DNA from: Caecitellus pseudoparvulus
Taxonomy: Eukaryota; Protista; Bigyra: Bicosoecida
Direction: 5' to 3'
Assembly: GCA_965644315.1 (NCBI GenBank)
Contig: CBFFRQ010000044.1
Location: 333,817 to 397,816, forward strand
Length of the DNA: 64,000 bases
Below, in pieces: positions 41,101 to 52,800 of this stretch; the stretch's first letter is position 1, and every line of letters starts with the position of its first letter. The notes beneath the pieces were generated by a model, which saw nothing but the letters and a program-made list of their open reading frames with translations, did no database searches and was not told the DNA's origin. Both the position numbers and the translations under genes were made by a program.

Positions 41101-42444
41101 CGCCTGCTGGGCGCGCCAGTTCACCTCTGCCAGCTGGGAGGCAGTTTTCTTTGCTGCAGCACCGCCGAAGGTGTTGGCGTACAGCGCTGCAGCACTGGCG
41201 GGCAGTGTGTGGTACAGGAACCACAGCACATCCCGCATCTGGCGACTGGGCGTAACGAGGAGGGCGCTGGGGAGAAACTTAGCAGAGAGGGGGTTGGCGT
41301 CAAAGTACTCCACGATCTTGGATCGTGCCACGCGCCATTTCACGGGGTTGGAGCTGTCGGACGTGCCACAGTGCACGATGGGCACAGGCGCTGAGGGGTG
41401 CGACGGGCCCAAGCGAGCAGCACCGCGCCCACCGCTGGGCAAGGGAGGCCTCGCGTACGCAGCCGCTGCCACCAGCATCTCGTTCACGCAATGGTCCAGC
41501 GGCACCAAATCGGCCGTGTTCTGAGGGCTGCCCTGCACTACCTTCACAACGCCAAGAGCGTGCGCGACCACCAACGCGCCCATGGCTGACACGACATCCA
41601 CCCACCCTGGCGTGGGCTCCCGCCAGGCCGCAACCACGATACTGGGCCGACAAATGATCAGGGGAAAGTCTGGTCCTGCCTCTTGCACAATTAGATGCTC
41701 CGCCATCGCCTTGGTGGCGGTGTACGTGTTCGGGAAGGTGCTCAACACCTCCACCTGCTTCTGCGTGATCTCCATGTCTGTCCAGGTCTGGCTGGCATCC
41801 AGCATGGCCCGCGGCTCCACTTCCAAGGGGGGCAGCTCCTCGGGAATGCGCTGCCCGATGCGGTGGGAGTTCACGTAGCACGTGGACACGTGCAGGTGCG
41901 CCGCCAACAAGGGCAGCGCCTTGGACACCTGCAACGCCTGCAGCGCACCGCCCATGTTCAGGGCAATGGCGCGGTCCAGGCGGTCGTCGAACGAGATGCT
42001 GGCGGCGCAGTGCAGCGTCACAGACACCTCCTCCGCCATGGCAGCCAAGTCGGCCTGGGACACCCCTAGCCGAGGCTCCAGCACATCCCCCGCCACTGCC
42101 ACCAGCTTGCTGCGCACCCAGTCCAAGGTTCCCGGGCCCCGCTCTCGCACGAGCGGCTCCCAAATGCGGGACTTGAAGATGTCATCCTCCAGCCTCGCCG
42201 CTGGGCTGCTGCCCTTCTTGGGGCGAATGAGCAGGAAGATGCGCCGAATGCCAGGGCACCCGCGCAGCAGCTTCTCCACGACAGCCTTGCCCACAAAGCC
42301 TGTGCCGCCTGTCACAAACACCGACCGCCCCTCATAGAATCGAGGTACTGATAGCCACCCAGTAGACTGCCCCGCGTGTGCGTGCAGCACGCCAGGCGCA
42401 GGCATGCTGCCGTGGCCAGTGGCTGAAGCGGAAATTGACTCCAT
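38200..42444 (-). CDS. Bifunctional fatty acyl-CoA reductase / DHAP(glycerol-3-P) acyltransferase (FARAT), peroxisomal; start uncertain (42444 or 42405)
   Basis: FAR motifs TGGTGFVG, HVSTCYV, PNTYTATKAMAE, RPSIV; acyltransferase blocks HRSYMDF, FFIRR, FFIEGTRSRSGK; C-terminal -ARL PTS1-type signal. Confidence 0.93.
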   Translation of the reverse strand: MESISASATGHGSMPAPGVLHAHAGQSTGWLSVPRFYEGRSVFVTGGTGFVGKAVVEKLLRGCPGIRRIFLLIRPKKGSSPAARLEDDIFKSRIWEPLVRERGPGTLDWVRSKLVAVAGDVLEPRLGVSQADLAAMAEEVSVTLHCAASISFDDRLDRAIALNMGGALQALQVSKALPLLAAHLHVSTCYVNSHRIGQRIPEELPPLEVEPRAMLDASQTWTDMEITQKQVEVLSTFPNTYTATKAMAEHLIVQEAGPDFPLIICRPSIVVAAWREPTPGWVDVVSAMGALVVAHALGVVKVVQGSPQNTADLVPLDHCVNEMLVAAAAYARPPLPSGGRGAARLGPSHPSAPVPIVHCGTSDSSNPVKWRVARSKIVEYFDANPLSAKFLPSALLVTPSRQMRDVLWFLYHTLPASAAALYANTFGGAAAKKTASQLAEVNWRAQQAVQLFEHFTMHEFFFLSPSAHQLRAALAPEEVSMWTFDAAEIDWNRYFSHFGHGLSTFVMREDMVELGQEAVAHTELALTSGRLLQWDPDHHAISFPSLIPDLVWAYTSSRRPGYTHSGVLGRLLGATGWREGQAHEAKHVPRAFLPDADALRAAVLASPRVQAALQDLSKGVANAAAGGPESVVLSSDALAEAKRILAHIAATPDPSTPRLLGWGLRKVMRTIYQGITVDEAGLEAVRKLAVQSAQGGGPLLLLPSHRSYMDFLLLSYVFFAYNLPLPFIAAGEDFLGLASVSEMLRRSGAFFIRRSFRDDALYSAILRAYMQTLLVHNQVVEFFIEGTRSRSGKMLLPRYGMLDMALEPLLDGRLSKAWIVPISLDYERPLETLLYSSELLGQRKPKETLGNLLKSAQVLSQSFGRIALTFGAPISAHSLLPQLARDLDMPRITCVGEPAPGPTDCNVAYRESAARAPLMRAVANRLVGAIHGSTAAMPTHLVATLCLQYRQGIGMASLVKQVEWLRRQVVARGGRVACTEGQQRRQLPKVALDLLSPLVTDAEGRQVFAPNVSRREDYGRWIALGYYRNKLLQWWSLEGIWAIAMFAATAVAEGRQLQAAADGLDSDSDAGQHCVAWSAVLPSVLFLDALLRRELVRERSMVSVADTHPFSCLAPLRQRQATVQAVADTAAPCTVSDAVGGLLDALEQGTFQLACAESDGPRPTPDTAKTSTTAVSAAWSALMGSGGAAATPGAAPSEAAGAPSVPSSLPQAVQGRAEAAGLHPAAKVCVARGPAFSLACSMLWPFLDSYWVTVLALAALPMAPAGLADTSAAGSVGGIPLTCFAPRADLAGRTQWLAETLFHQRIISYYEACALETLNNAMATLVDWGVLVTAQAKPSEVSASVGQGTVAPGQRRFREKSVPCVALAPRYASRKALSALASTIAQFRKAAPVPLRSDPFSLTVSAELPMMARL

Positions 42445-43835
42445 TCTCTGGCTCTGCACAGTTCTGGTCGGAGCGCTCGACAAGGCAAGCTGAACTTGAG
42501 ATAAAGTCTCGTATTGCACTTTCCGACGGTAAAGCCGCGTAGGTTCAGTCGGATGGAGCGCTTCAGCGGCTGCAAGCGCCGTCCTGCGTGTTGGGTGGTG
42601 CACCGATGGGAGCACCAGCAGCACACCTCGGCGCCCAGCTCTGGCAGCACCGGGCCGCGCCAGGAGCTTCAACAGGCCGCAGTGAGCCACTGGAGTAGCA
42701 GTGAAGGGAAAATGTATGTCCGCACTGTCAGACTGGGCTGCTTTTTCCATCTCGGCAGACATGAGCGCGGACAGGTTCAGCGATGTTCGGGAGACTGTGG
42801 CGTACGCACGCAAACAGGAGACACCCTGGTGCCACAGCCAAAGTCTGTACGTGCACAATACGTGAGCCGTAGCAGGCATGGCGGGCAGCGGGGCCCGCTA
42901 TCACAGCAATGTCACGTAAGTAGACTCCGCGCAATTCGCTTGAAGGCAGCTTGGCGTGCTTCCTCTGTGACTATCTTTCATGGAGGAGGGTTTGATGAGT
43001 TGCATATTGCCAAGGGTCCACTGTACAGGTCTCCAGCAGTGTGTGAAGCGCTGGCTCGCTGCCGGCGGGTGATGGGGCCACGGTCAGTGCGGCATGCCAA
43101 GGTGGGGGAACAAGAAGGACTCACAGCCAGGGAGCCAGAGTACCATCGATCTAAAGCGGCGATGTATTTGTCCCTGCGCTTCAGCGAGTCAGATAGACGT
43201 GTTCTTTGGGTCGTCTCTGCCGCGAGTCAGCGCTGGAGAGCGGATGCCCACGTGTCGCAAGCAGACTGGCTTCGGGAAGCATCCATGCTGGAGTGCCAAC
43301 CACAAGCAAACCAGTGCGGAAACGTGTGTACAAATGCACTGGCCTCTTTCACAGAAGTGCTGCCTGGGGGAGCAGCCTGCACCTCATGATGGCACGGGTG
43401 TGTAGGCCAACGAAGCCAGCGGGTCACGCTCTGCGGAAGGCTGCCCGACGGGCTTTCAAGTGGAGCACAAGGGCAAGCAAGAGGAACAGAAGCACCAGTC
43501 TCGTCGTGTAACTCATCTACAAGGCAAGCGAAGTAGTCCCAAGTGTCGTTGCCTTTGCGCTCCTTGCCAGTGTCAGCTGAAAGAGAAAGTGCTTCGGTGT
43601 CGGACCAGACACCTGCACCGCGGCACTCCCGACGATCCGCAAATTCCAACCAAACCACTCTTTCCTCGCAACGGGCCCTGAACTTCTAGATCTTTTCTCA
43701 GTTCCCAAACTGCGCCCGGTGAACCGCGGGGCTGCTCCTGGTCGTTCACTTCCCATCAGCGCGTGTCAGCTTCGACGAGGCTGGGCTGGTGTAACCTCTT
43801 GCCTTCCAGCGCGCCTGCGCCTCGCACCTTCCAAC

Positions 43836-46800
43836 ATGGGCATCTGCCGCGCGCTCTTCGTACTATGTGCCTCTCTGGCGAGCGTGCACGCCACCCATTG
43901 GCGGTGAGTTTGGCGTGCAGCGCATGCAGTCTGATGCACCCTGAACGACGCCAGCGAGGCCTGCTCGTGCCGCGCTCTGCGGGGCACCTGCGTGGCAGAT
44001 CACCTTGCAGCATCATGCACTGTTCATGTTTAAGCGTGTGGTTGTGCTTTCTGCTGCTACTTGTCCCTGCGAGGCAGGGCTGCGTGGCATGGAGTTTCCT
44101 GCGCCCTGCCTGACGAAGCCCGTCCCTCACCACCCCTTACACCACGATCCCCGCGGCACAGGTTCGGAAAGCTGTCATGGCGACACATCGGCGCCGACAC
44201 AAACGACTTTCTCGTGGAGTTCACCTCCGTCATTGCTTGGTGAGTGTGTGGTGGCGCGGGTAGAGTGTGGGCGTTTCTCCCGCAGCGCACTTTGCATCGC
44301 CACTCCGTCTCAGGCGCCGAACGTTTTTCACTCCCAACCCCAACGTTGGAGATCTATTCGATCATGGTGTACGTCGTGTTCCTGGCCCGCGGGCGTGCGC
44401 TCCAACCCCAAGCGACGTGGTGCACGTGGTGAACAGAATCGACGGGCAACGCAGGTGAAACGCAACCGCTGCGCGCTGAATCTTTTCGCAGGGCTCTTTC
44501 TCAATGGGCGATGGAGTTGGCTCGAACAACTTGCATGACTACACTGTCACAGTGGCAAACAATGTCGATGATTACATCATCGGCACCAAGACGTGGACAT
44601 ACACGTTTCCCAACGCGACCAACAATGGAGCGCCTTTCTACGTGAATTACGCTGCCTGCTGTCGCCTGTCCACGCTGAAAAACGGCAAAGGTGGGTGAGA
44701 CGTGAGCAGTCTGACTCGCATCTGCCTGGCTGACCCTGCTCCCTAATTCTGTGCAGATGGGTCATGGAACTTGTGGGCCAATGTGGACCTGGACACGCGT
44801 GGCAAGTCCTTCATCAACTCTTGCCCTGAGTCTACTCAGGTGCCCATCCAACTCGTTAGCAACGCGCGCGTCGTGACGTGGTTCCTCCCTGTCATTGACC
44901 AGAACAACGACCCGGTGACCTTCCGACTTGCCACGACTGCTGAGAACGGCAACATCCCCCAGTACACTGGTGTGCAAGTGAACAATGAGACGGGCCTCAT
45001 CACGTTCGACGCAACGACAAGTTCTGCAGGGGACCTCCACCCTGTCGTCATTGTCATCAGTGATGGCAGCTGCCAGTCTGTGATCGACTTCCTCGTGAAG
45101 GTTGTGGAGCCTGATAAGTACTGCATCGGTTGCAGTAGTGGCCACAACTGCCGCCAGTGTGGGCAAGACGTGGATTGCCTCGTGGGAGGCGCATCAGGGT
45201 GTGACACACCAGGCGCCCTTTGCCTGGAAAATGCCGCCCCCAACATCACCTCGGCCTTTGAGGGGTCCCCAGTGGCAAACTGCGTCTTCTCCAACCAGCC
45301 CCTGACTTTCGATGTCACTGCCGTGGACGGCATCGATGTCTGCGACAACATTGAGCTCATCTCATCAGACCTGCCCACTGGCGCGACCCTCACCCACAGC
45401 AACGCGCCAACGGCCAACCCGCTCACCATGACCTTCGATTGGACGCCGACAGGCGGACAGGTTGGCAGTTACTCCATGACGTTCTTCGCTCGGGACAACG
45501 CCAACGCGCTCTCCCGCAACATCGTCGTGGACCTCTTTGTGCCTGGCCCGACTTCCGTTCTGGCCCCGCCCATTTCGTCTGTATCCCCCTTGTCCTTCTG
45601 GAGTGATGCCACTGGTACGGATCTGGACGTGACCATTCTTGGGTCAGACTTTGAACAGTCATCAGACTTGAATTGCGCGATGCTGCTCGAAGGCGAGCCT
45701 GAAGCGAGCAAGGTGTTTGACCGGGCAGACTACATCACCTCCTCCGAGATCCGGTGCCGCATGGCCGAATACGATGACTTGGACCTGGACAGCAGCAGCC
45801 CGTTTGTGCCCTTTGCCAACTTCTCAGTCTCCAACGCGGCATCCTGCGGCGTCTTCACGTACTATGAAGACGACTTGGTCGTGTACTACCCACGAGACGT
45901 CTTCTCCAGCGTGCAGGTCATCTCGGAGAGCACAGCTGTCACCTTCAGACCTGACACGCTTACGTACTCAGTCACGCTGACTCGCCGGACAGACCCTGCC
46001 TTGGATGTGGGCGTCAGGGACGTGGCCTTTGTGGACGCTACGCTTGCTGCTGGCGCGTACACCGTGGAAAGCGTCGCTGTGAACGGTAACACGGGGGCTG
46101 GAGCTACAGCTCGTGCCACTGCTGTCGGCTCAGGTGTTCCTGGAGCCGTGTTCACGCTTGAGACGGTGCCAACACAGGTGACCACAATTGAAGTTGTACT
46201 GCAAGTGACTGGTTCAGCTGATGGCCAGGGGCAGAACATTCCGCTACCTGTGCTTTCTGCTACACACGGCTACGACATCCGAGAGCCGATGGGCGCCACG
46301 GACCCGGGCTTCGTAAACCCGCTTGCCATCCCAGCAGTGGTTGACTCCGCGTCGGCGCCCACGATGTGGGCTCAAGTAAACGACGCGAACATGCAGCCGC
46401 TGTCTGTCGTGGGGGACGCTTCAGGTGCCTCTCCCTCTGTTCTCACCCCCGCTGAGGTGATCACAGTGACTCTGCAGGTGGAGCTGCCCTTCACGGGACG
46501 CTTGCACGGCGCCCAGCTTGACGTCCAGCTGTCCTCCACCTCCCATGCAGTTAGCCCGCAAGATGTTATGCAGCTGCACTCCCTTGTGAGCTTGTCGGAG
46601 CCAACTGGGGATGTCACTGCAACAAAACCACCACACTTCTCTGGCGTGAGCCTGTCCGCCGCAAATGTGGCTGGCGCAACCACCGCAACGACTACTTCCC
46701 TCTCTGTCGACCTTGGCGTGCTGGAGAATGCTGCAGATGCTCAAAGGACGATCGACATTGTCTTCGAGTGTGTTGTGCCGACCACGGCGCCTTCCAGCTC

Positions 46801-49800
46801 AGATGTCAGCCTCAACGCGCAGCTGTCGTTTCAGCGCCCGTCCACTGGCGACCTCGCGCCTGATACACCCCCTCTCGGGCCCTTCCAGCTGGTGACATCA
46901 GCGAGTGCTGCCTTCACCATCGGAACTCCCGATGTCACCATGGTTCTTGTGGGCACCCCGTCGGGCCCGATAGATGCAGGCGACCACTGGACGCAACAGT
47001 TCACCCTGAACGCTGCAGGCGGCCCAGGCAGAGCCAACGCTTACGCCTTGCTGCTGCAAGATGCGAACCTTGCAAGCGACAACTACCGTGTACATTCCGT
47101 TTCTGTGAATGGAACGGCAGTTTTCACTGCGAACACTGCGGGGGATCCGCAGGACGGCCTCGCCAGTGTTGGGCGTGGACCAGGAGGCGGCGGCAACCAG
47201 CAGCTTTTAGCAAACGTTGCTATGCTTCAAGCTGGAACAGCTACTATTATTGAGGTTGAGTTTCTCGCTTACATTTCTATCGAGGCAAGTTCCCACGTCG
47301 AAGCAGAGTACTCAATCTCGTACGATTCTCACCCAGGACCGTCTGTGGCTGGTCAGCCCGCAGCAACTTACGCATCGACACCCCAAACGACAACAATCTT
47401 GACAGCGACCCCAACCGCATCTGCGACAGAAGGGGGCCTGGACGCTGTGACGGCGGCGTCCAGTGGCAGTGCCGTGCCGCGGCAGGTGTTCCCTGGCAGC
47501 GCCGTGGACGTGTCGGTGAGTGTGGGCGTGCCTGAGGGCACCGTGAGCGGCGCGTCAGTGACTGTGGACTTGTCGGGGTGGACCAGCGGCACGTCGCCGG
47601 TGGTGATTGCTGGCGTGTCGGGTGTGTCTGGCAGTGCAGGTGTGGTGAGTGACGTGTCAGGGGGGCTGGGCGGTGTGGCGGCGGGCGCCGTCGTGTCTGG
47701 CGATGGCACGAGTGTGACTGTGCCGCTGGGCACGCTTGTGAACAACGACACTGACAACAGCGTGGGTGAGACTGTGGACCTGACGGTGTCGCTGTCGGTG
47801 CGTGACGTGGCGGGGCTGGTGCCAGGTGACGTCGTGACGGCTGTGGCGACGCTGAGCAGTGTGGGTCTGCTGAGCGCTGGCAGCACGAGTGGGGGGTCGG
47901 CCGTGTCGTCGGCTGGGTACGGGCTGGTGGTGGGTGCGCCTGACCTGGAGCTGAGCGCGGGGCCTGTGTGGGTGCCAGTGGACGGGACGTCTGTGGACGC
48001 CGGGGATGTGATCAGTGTGAGCTGGAGCGTGGGGCACACGGGTGCCAGCAGTGCGCCGGGCTTCAACATCAGTGCAGACCTGTCGGGTGTGCTGGGCAGC
48101 GGTCTGCTGCCGGTGGTGGATGTGCTGGTGGGCGGGTCCAGCCTGGGTGCGGGTGTGGTGTCGACGCTGAACGCGGACGGCGTGGCGGTGCTGGTGTCTG
48201 AGCTGCCGGTGGGCAGCACGGCGGACCTGTCCGTGGTGCTGGGCGTGCCGTTGAGCATGGAGGGCGGCGCAGCGCTGCCGGCCCTGCAGCTGTCTGTGCC
48301 GTACACGACGACGTCACGCAGCGACGCGGGTGCGGGGTCTGACGTGCTGGTGAGCGGGTCCATCAGCCTGCCTGCGGGGTCGCCGTCTGTGTCGGTGTCT
48401 GAGGGCGGCCTGGACGCTGTGACGGCGGCGTCCAGTGGCAGTGCCGTGCCGCGGCAGGTGTTCCCTGGCAGCGCCGTGGACGTGTCGGTGAGTGTGGGCG
48501 TGCCTGAGGGCACCGTGAGCGGCGCGTCAGTGACTGTGGACTTGTCGGGGTGGACCAGCGGCACGTCGCCGGTGGTGATTGCCGGCGTGTCGGGTGTGTC
48601 TGGCAGTGGTGGTGTGGTGAGTGACGTGTCAGGGGGGCTGGGCGGTGTGGCGGCGGGCGCCGTCGTGTCTGGCGATGGCACGAGTGTGACTGTGCCGCTG
48701 GGCACGCTCGTGAACAACGACACTGACAACAGCGTGGGTGAGACTGTGGACCTGACGGTGTCGCTGTCGGTGCGTGACGTGGCGGGGCTGGTGCCAGGTG
48801 ACGTCGTGACGGCTGTGGCGACGCTGAGCAGTGTGGGTCTGCTGAGCGCTGGCAGCACGAGTGGGGGGTCGGCCGTGTCGTCGGCTGGGTACGGGCTGGT
48901 GGTGGGTGCGCCTGACCTGGAGCTGAGCGCGGGGCCTGTGTGGGTGCCAGTGGACGGGACGTCTGTGGACGCCGGGGATGTGATCAGTGTGAGCTGGAGC
49001 GTGGGGCACACGGGTGCCAGCAGTGCGCCGGGCTTCAACATCAGTGCAGACCTGTCGGGTGTGCTGGGCAGCGGTCTGTTGCCGGTGGTGGATGTGCTGG
49101 TGGGCGGGTCCAGCCTGGGTGCGGGCGTGGTGTCTGCGTTGAACGCGGACGGCGTGGCGGTGCTGGTGTCTGAGCTGCCGGTGGGCAGCACGGCGGACCT
49201 GTCCGTGGTGCTGGGCGTGCCGTTGAGCATGGAGGGCGGCGCAGCGCTGCCGGCCCTGCAGCTGTCCGTGCCGTACACGACGACGTCACGCAGCGACGCG
49301 GGTGCGGGGTCTGACGTGCTGGTGAGCGGGTCCATCAGCCTGCCTGCGGGGTCGCCGTCTGTGTCGGTGTCTGAGGGCGGCCTGGACGCTGTGACGGCGG
49401 CGTCCAGTGGCAGTGCCGTGCCGCGGCAGGTGTTCCCTGGCAGCGCCGTGGACGTGTCGGTGAGTGTGGGCGTGCCTGAGGGCACCGTGAGCGGCGCGTC
49501 AGTGACTGTGGACTTGTCGGGGTGGACCAGCGGCACGTCGCCGGTGGTGATTGCCGGCGTGTCGGGTGTGTCTGGCAGTGGCGGTGTGGCCAGCGACGTG
49601 TCGGGGGGCCTGGGCGGTGTGGCGGCGGGCGCCGTCGTGTCTGGCGATGGCACGAGTGTGACTGTGCCGCTGGGCACGCTTGTGAACAACGACACTGACA
49701 ACAGCGTGGGTGAGACTGTGGACCTGACGGTGTCGCTGTCGGTGCGTGACGTGGCGGGGCTGGTGCCAGGTGACGTCGTGACGGCTGTGGCGACGCTGAG

Positions 49801-52800
49801 CAGTGTGGGTCTGCTGAGCGCTGGCAGCACGAGTGGGGGGTCGGCCGTGTCGTCGGCTGGGTACGGGCTGGTGGTGGGTGCGCCTGACCTGGAGCTGAGC
49901 GCGGGGCCTGTGTGGGTGCCAGTGGACGGGACGTCTGTGGACGCCGGGGATGTGATCAGTGTGAGCTGGAGCGTGGGGCACACGGGTGCCAGCAGTGCGC
50001 CGGGCTTCAACATCAGTGCAGACCTGTCGGGTGTGCTGGGCAGCGGTCTGTTGCCGGTGGTGGATGTGCTGGTGGGCGGGTCCAGCCTGGGTGCGGGTGT
50101 GGTGTCGACGCTGAACGCGGACGGCGTGGCGGTGCTGGTGTCTGAGCTGCCGTTGGGCAGCACGGCGGACCTGTCCGTGGTGCTGGGCGTGCCGTTGAGC
50201 ATGGAGGGCGGCGCAGCGCTGCCGGCCCTGCAGCTGTCTGTGCCGTACACGACGACGTCACGCAGCGACGCGGGTGCGGGGTCTGACGTGCTGGTGAGCG
50301 GGTCCATCAGCCTGCCTGCGGGGTCGCCGTCTGTGTCGGTGTCTGAGGGCGGCCTGGACGCTGTGACGGCGGCGTCCAGTGGCAGTGCCGTGCCGCGGCA
50401 GGTGTTCCCTGGCAGCGCCGTGGACGTGTCGGTGAGTGTGGGCGTGCCTGAGGGCACCGTGAGCGGCGCGTCAGTGACTGTGGACTTGTCGGGGTGGACC
50501 AGCGGCACGTCGCCGGTGGTGATTGCTGGCGTGTCGGGTGTGTCTGGCAGTGGCGGTGTGGTCAGTGACGTGTCGGGGGGGCTGGGCGGTGTGGCGGCGG
50601 GCGCCGTCGTGTCTGGCGATGGCACGAGTGTGACTGTACCGCTGGGCACGCTTGTGAACAACGACACTGACAACAGCGTGGGGGAGACTGTGAACCTGAC
50701 GGTGTCGCTGTCGGTGCGTGACGTGGCGGGGCTGGTGCCAGGTGACGTCGTGACGGCTGTGGCGACGCTGAGCAGTGTGGGTCTGCTGAGCGCTGGCAGC
50801 ACGAGTGGGGGGTCGGCCGTGTCGTCGGCTGGGTACGGGCTGGTGGTGGGTGCGCCTGACCTGGAGCTGAGCGCGGGGCCTGTGTGGGTGCCAGTGGACG
50901 GGACGTCTGTGGACGCCGGGGATGTGATCAGTGTGAGCTGGAGCGTGGGGCACACGGGTGCCAGCAGTGCGCCGGGCTTCAACATCAGTGCAGACCTGTC
51001 GGGTGTGCTGGGCAGCGGTCTGTTGCCGGTGGTGGATGTGCTGGTGGGCGGGTCCAGCCTGGGTGCGGGTGTGGTGTCGACGCTGAACGCGGACGGCGTG
51101 GCGGTGCTGGTGTCTGAGCTGCCGGTGGGCAGCACGGCGGACCTGTCCGTGGTGCTGGGCGTGCCGTTGAGCATGGAGGGCGGCGCAGCGCTGCCGGCCC
51201 TGCAGCTGTCTGTGCCGTACACGACGACGTCACGCAGCGACGCGGGTGCGGGGTCTGACGTGCTGGTGAGCGGGTCCATCAGCCTGCCTGCGGGGTCGCC
51301 GTCTGTGTCGGTGTCTGAGGGCGGCCTGGACGCTGTGACGGCGGCGTCCAGTGGCAGTGCCGTGCCGCGGCAGGTGTTCCCTGGCAGCGCCGTGGACGTG
51401 TCGGTGAGTGTGGGCGTGCCTGAGGGCACCGTGAGCGGCGCGTCAGTGACTGTGGACTTGTCGGGGTGGACCAGCGGCACGTCGCCGGTGGTGATTGCCG
51501 GCGTGTCGGGTGTGTCTGGCAGTGGCGGTGTGGCCAGCGACGTGTCGGGGGGCCTGGGCGGTGTGGCGGCGGGCGCCGTCGTGTCTGGCGATGGCACGAG
51601 TGTGACTGTGCCGCTGGGCACGCTCGTGAACAACGACACTGACAACAGCGTGGGTGAGACTGTGGACCTGACGGTGTCGCTGACGGTGCGTGACGTGGCG
51701 GGGCTGGTGCCAGGTGACGTCGTGACGGCTGTGGCGACGCTGAGCAGTGTGGGTCTGCTGAGCGCTGGCAGCACGAGTGGGGGGTCGGCCGTGTCGTCGG
51801 CTGGGTACGGGCTGGTGGTGGGTGCGCCTGACCTGGAGCTGAGCGCGGGGCCTGTGTGGGTGCCAGTGGACGGGACGTCTGTGGACGCCGGGGATGTGAT
51901 CAGTGTGAGCTGGAGCGTGGGGCACACGGGTGCCAGCAGTGCGCCGGGCTTCAACATCAGTGCAGACCTGTCGGGTGTGCTGGGCAGCGGTCTGTTGCCG
52001 GTGGTGGATGTGCTGGTGGGCGGGTCCAGCCTGGGTGCGGGTGTGGTGTCGACGCTGAACGCGGACGGCGTGGCGGTGCTGGTGTCTGAGCTGCCGTTGG
52101 GCAGCACGGCGGACCTGTCCGTGGTGCTGGGCGTGCCGTTGAGCATGGAGGGCGGCGCAGCGCTGCCGGCCCTGCAGCTGTCCGTGCCGTACACGACGAC
52201 GTCACGCAGCGACGCCGGTGCGGGGTCTGATGTGCTGGTGAGCGGGTCCATCAGCCTGCCTGCGGGGTCGCCGTCTGTGTCGGTGTCTGAGGGCGGCCTG
52301 GACGCTGTGACGGCGGCGTCCAGTGGCAGTGCCGTGCCGCGGCAGGTGTTCCCTGGCAGCGCCGTGGACGTGTCGGTGAGTGTGGGCGTGCCTGAGGGCA
52401 CCGTGAGCGGCGCGTCAGTGACTGTGGACTTGTCGGGGTGGACCAGCGGCACGTCGCCGGTGGTGATTGCTGGCGTGTCGGGTGTGTCTGGCAGTGCAGG
52501 TGTGGTGAGTGACGTGTCAGGGGGGCTGGGCGGTGTGGCGGCGGGCGCCGTCGTGTCTGGCGATGGCACGAGTGTGACTGTGCCGCTGGGCACGCTTGTG
52601 AACAACGACACTGACAACAGCGTGGGTGAGACTGTGGACCTGACGGTGTCGCTGTCGGTGCGTGACGTGGCGGGGCTGGTGCCAGGTGACGTCGTGACGG
52701 CTGTGGCGACGCTGAGCAGTGTGGGTCTGCTGAGCGCTGGCAGCACGAGTGGGGGGTCGGCCGTGTCGTCGGCTGGGTACGGGCTGGTGGTGGGTGCGCC

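Noticed and set aside
42514-43760. 291-aa and smaller ORFs between FARAT and the giant gene, and the extended FARAT N-terminus to 42879
   Set aside because: No recognisable motifs and random-looking composition; more likely a divergent promoter/UTR region.
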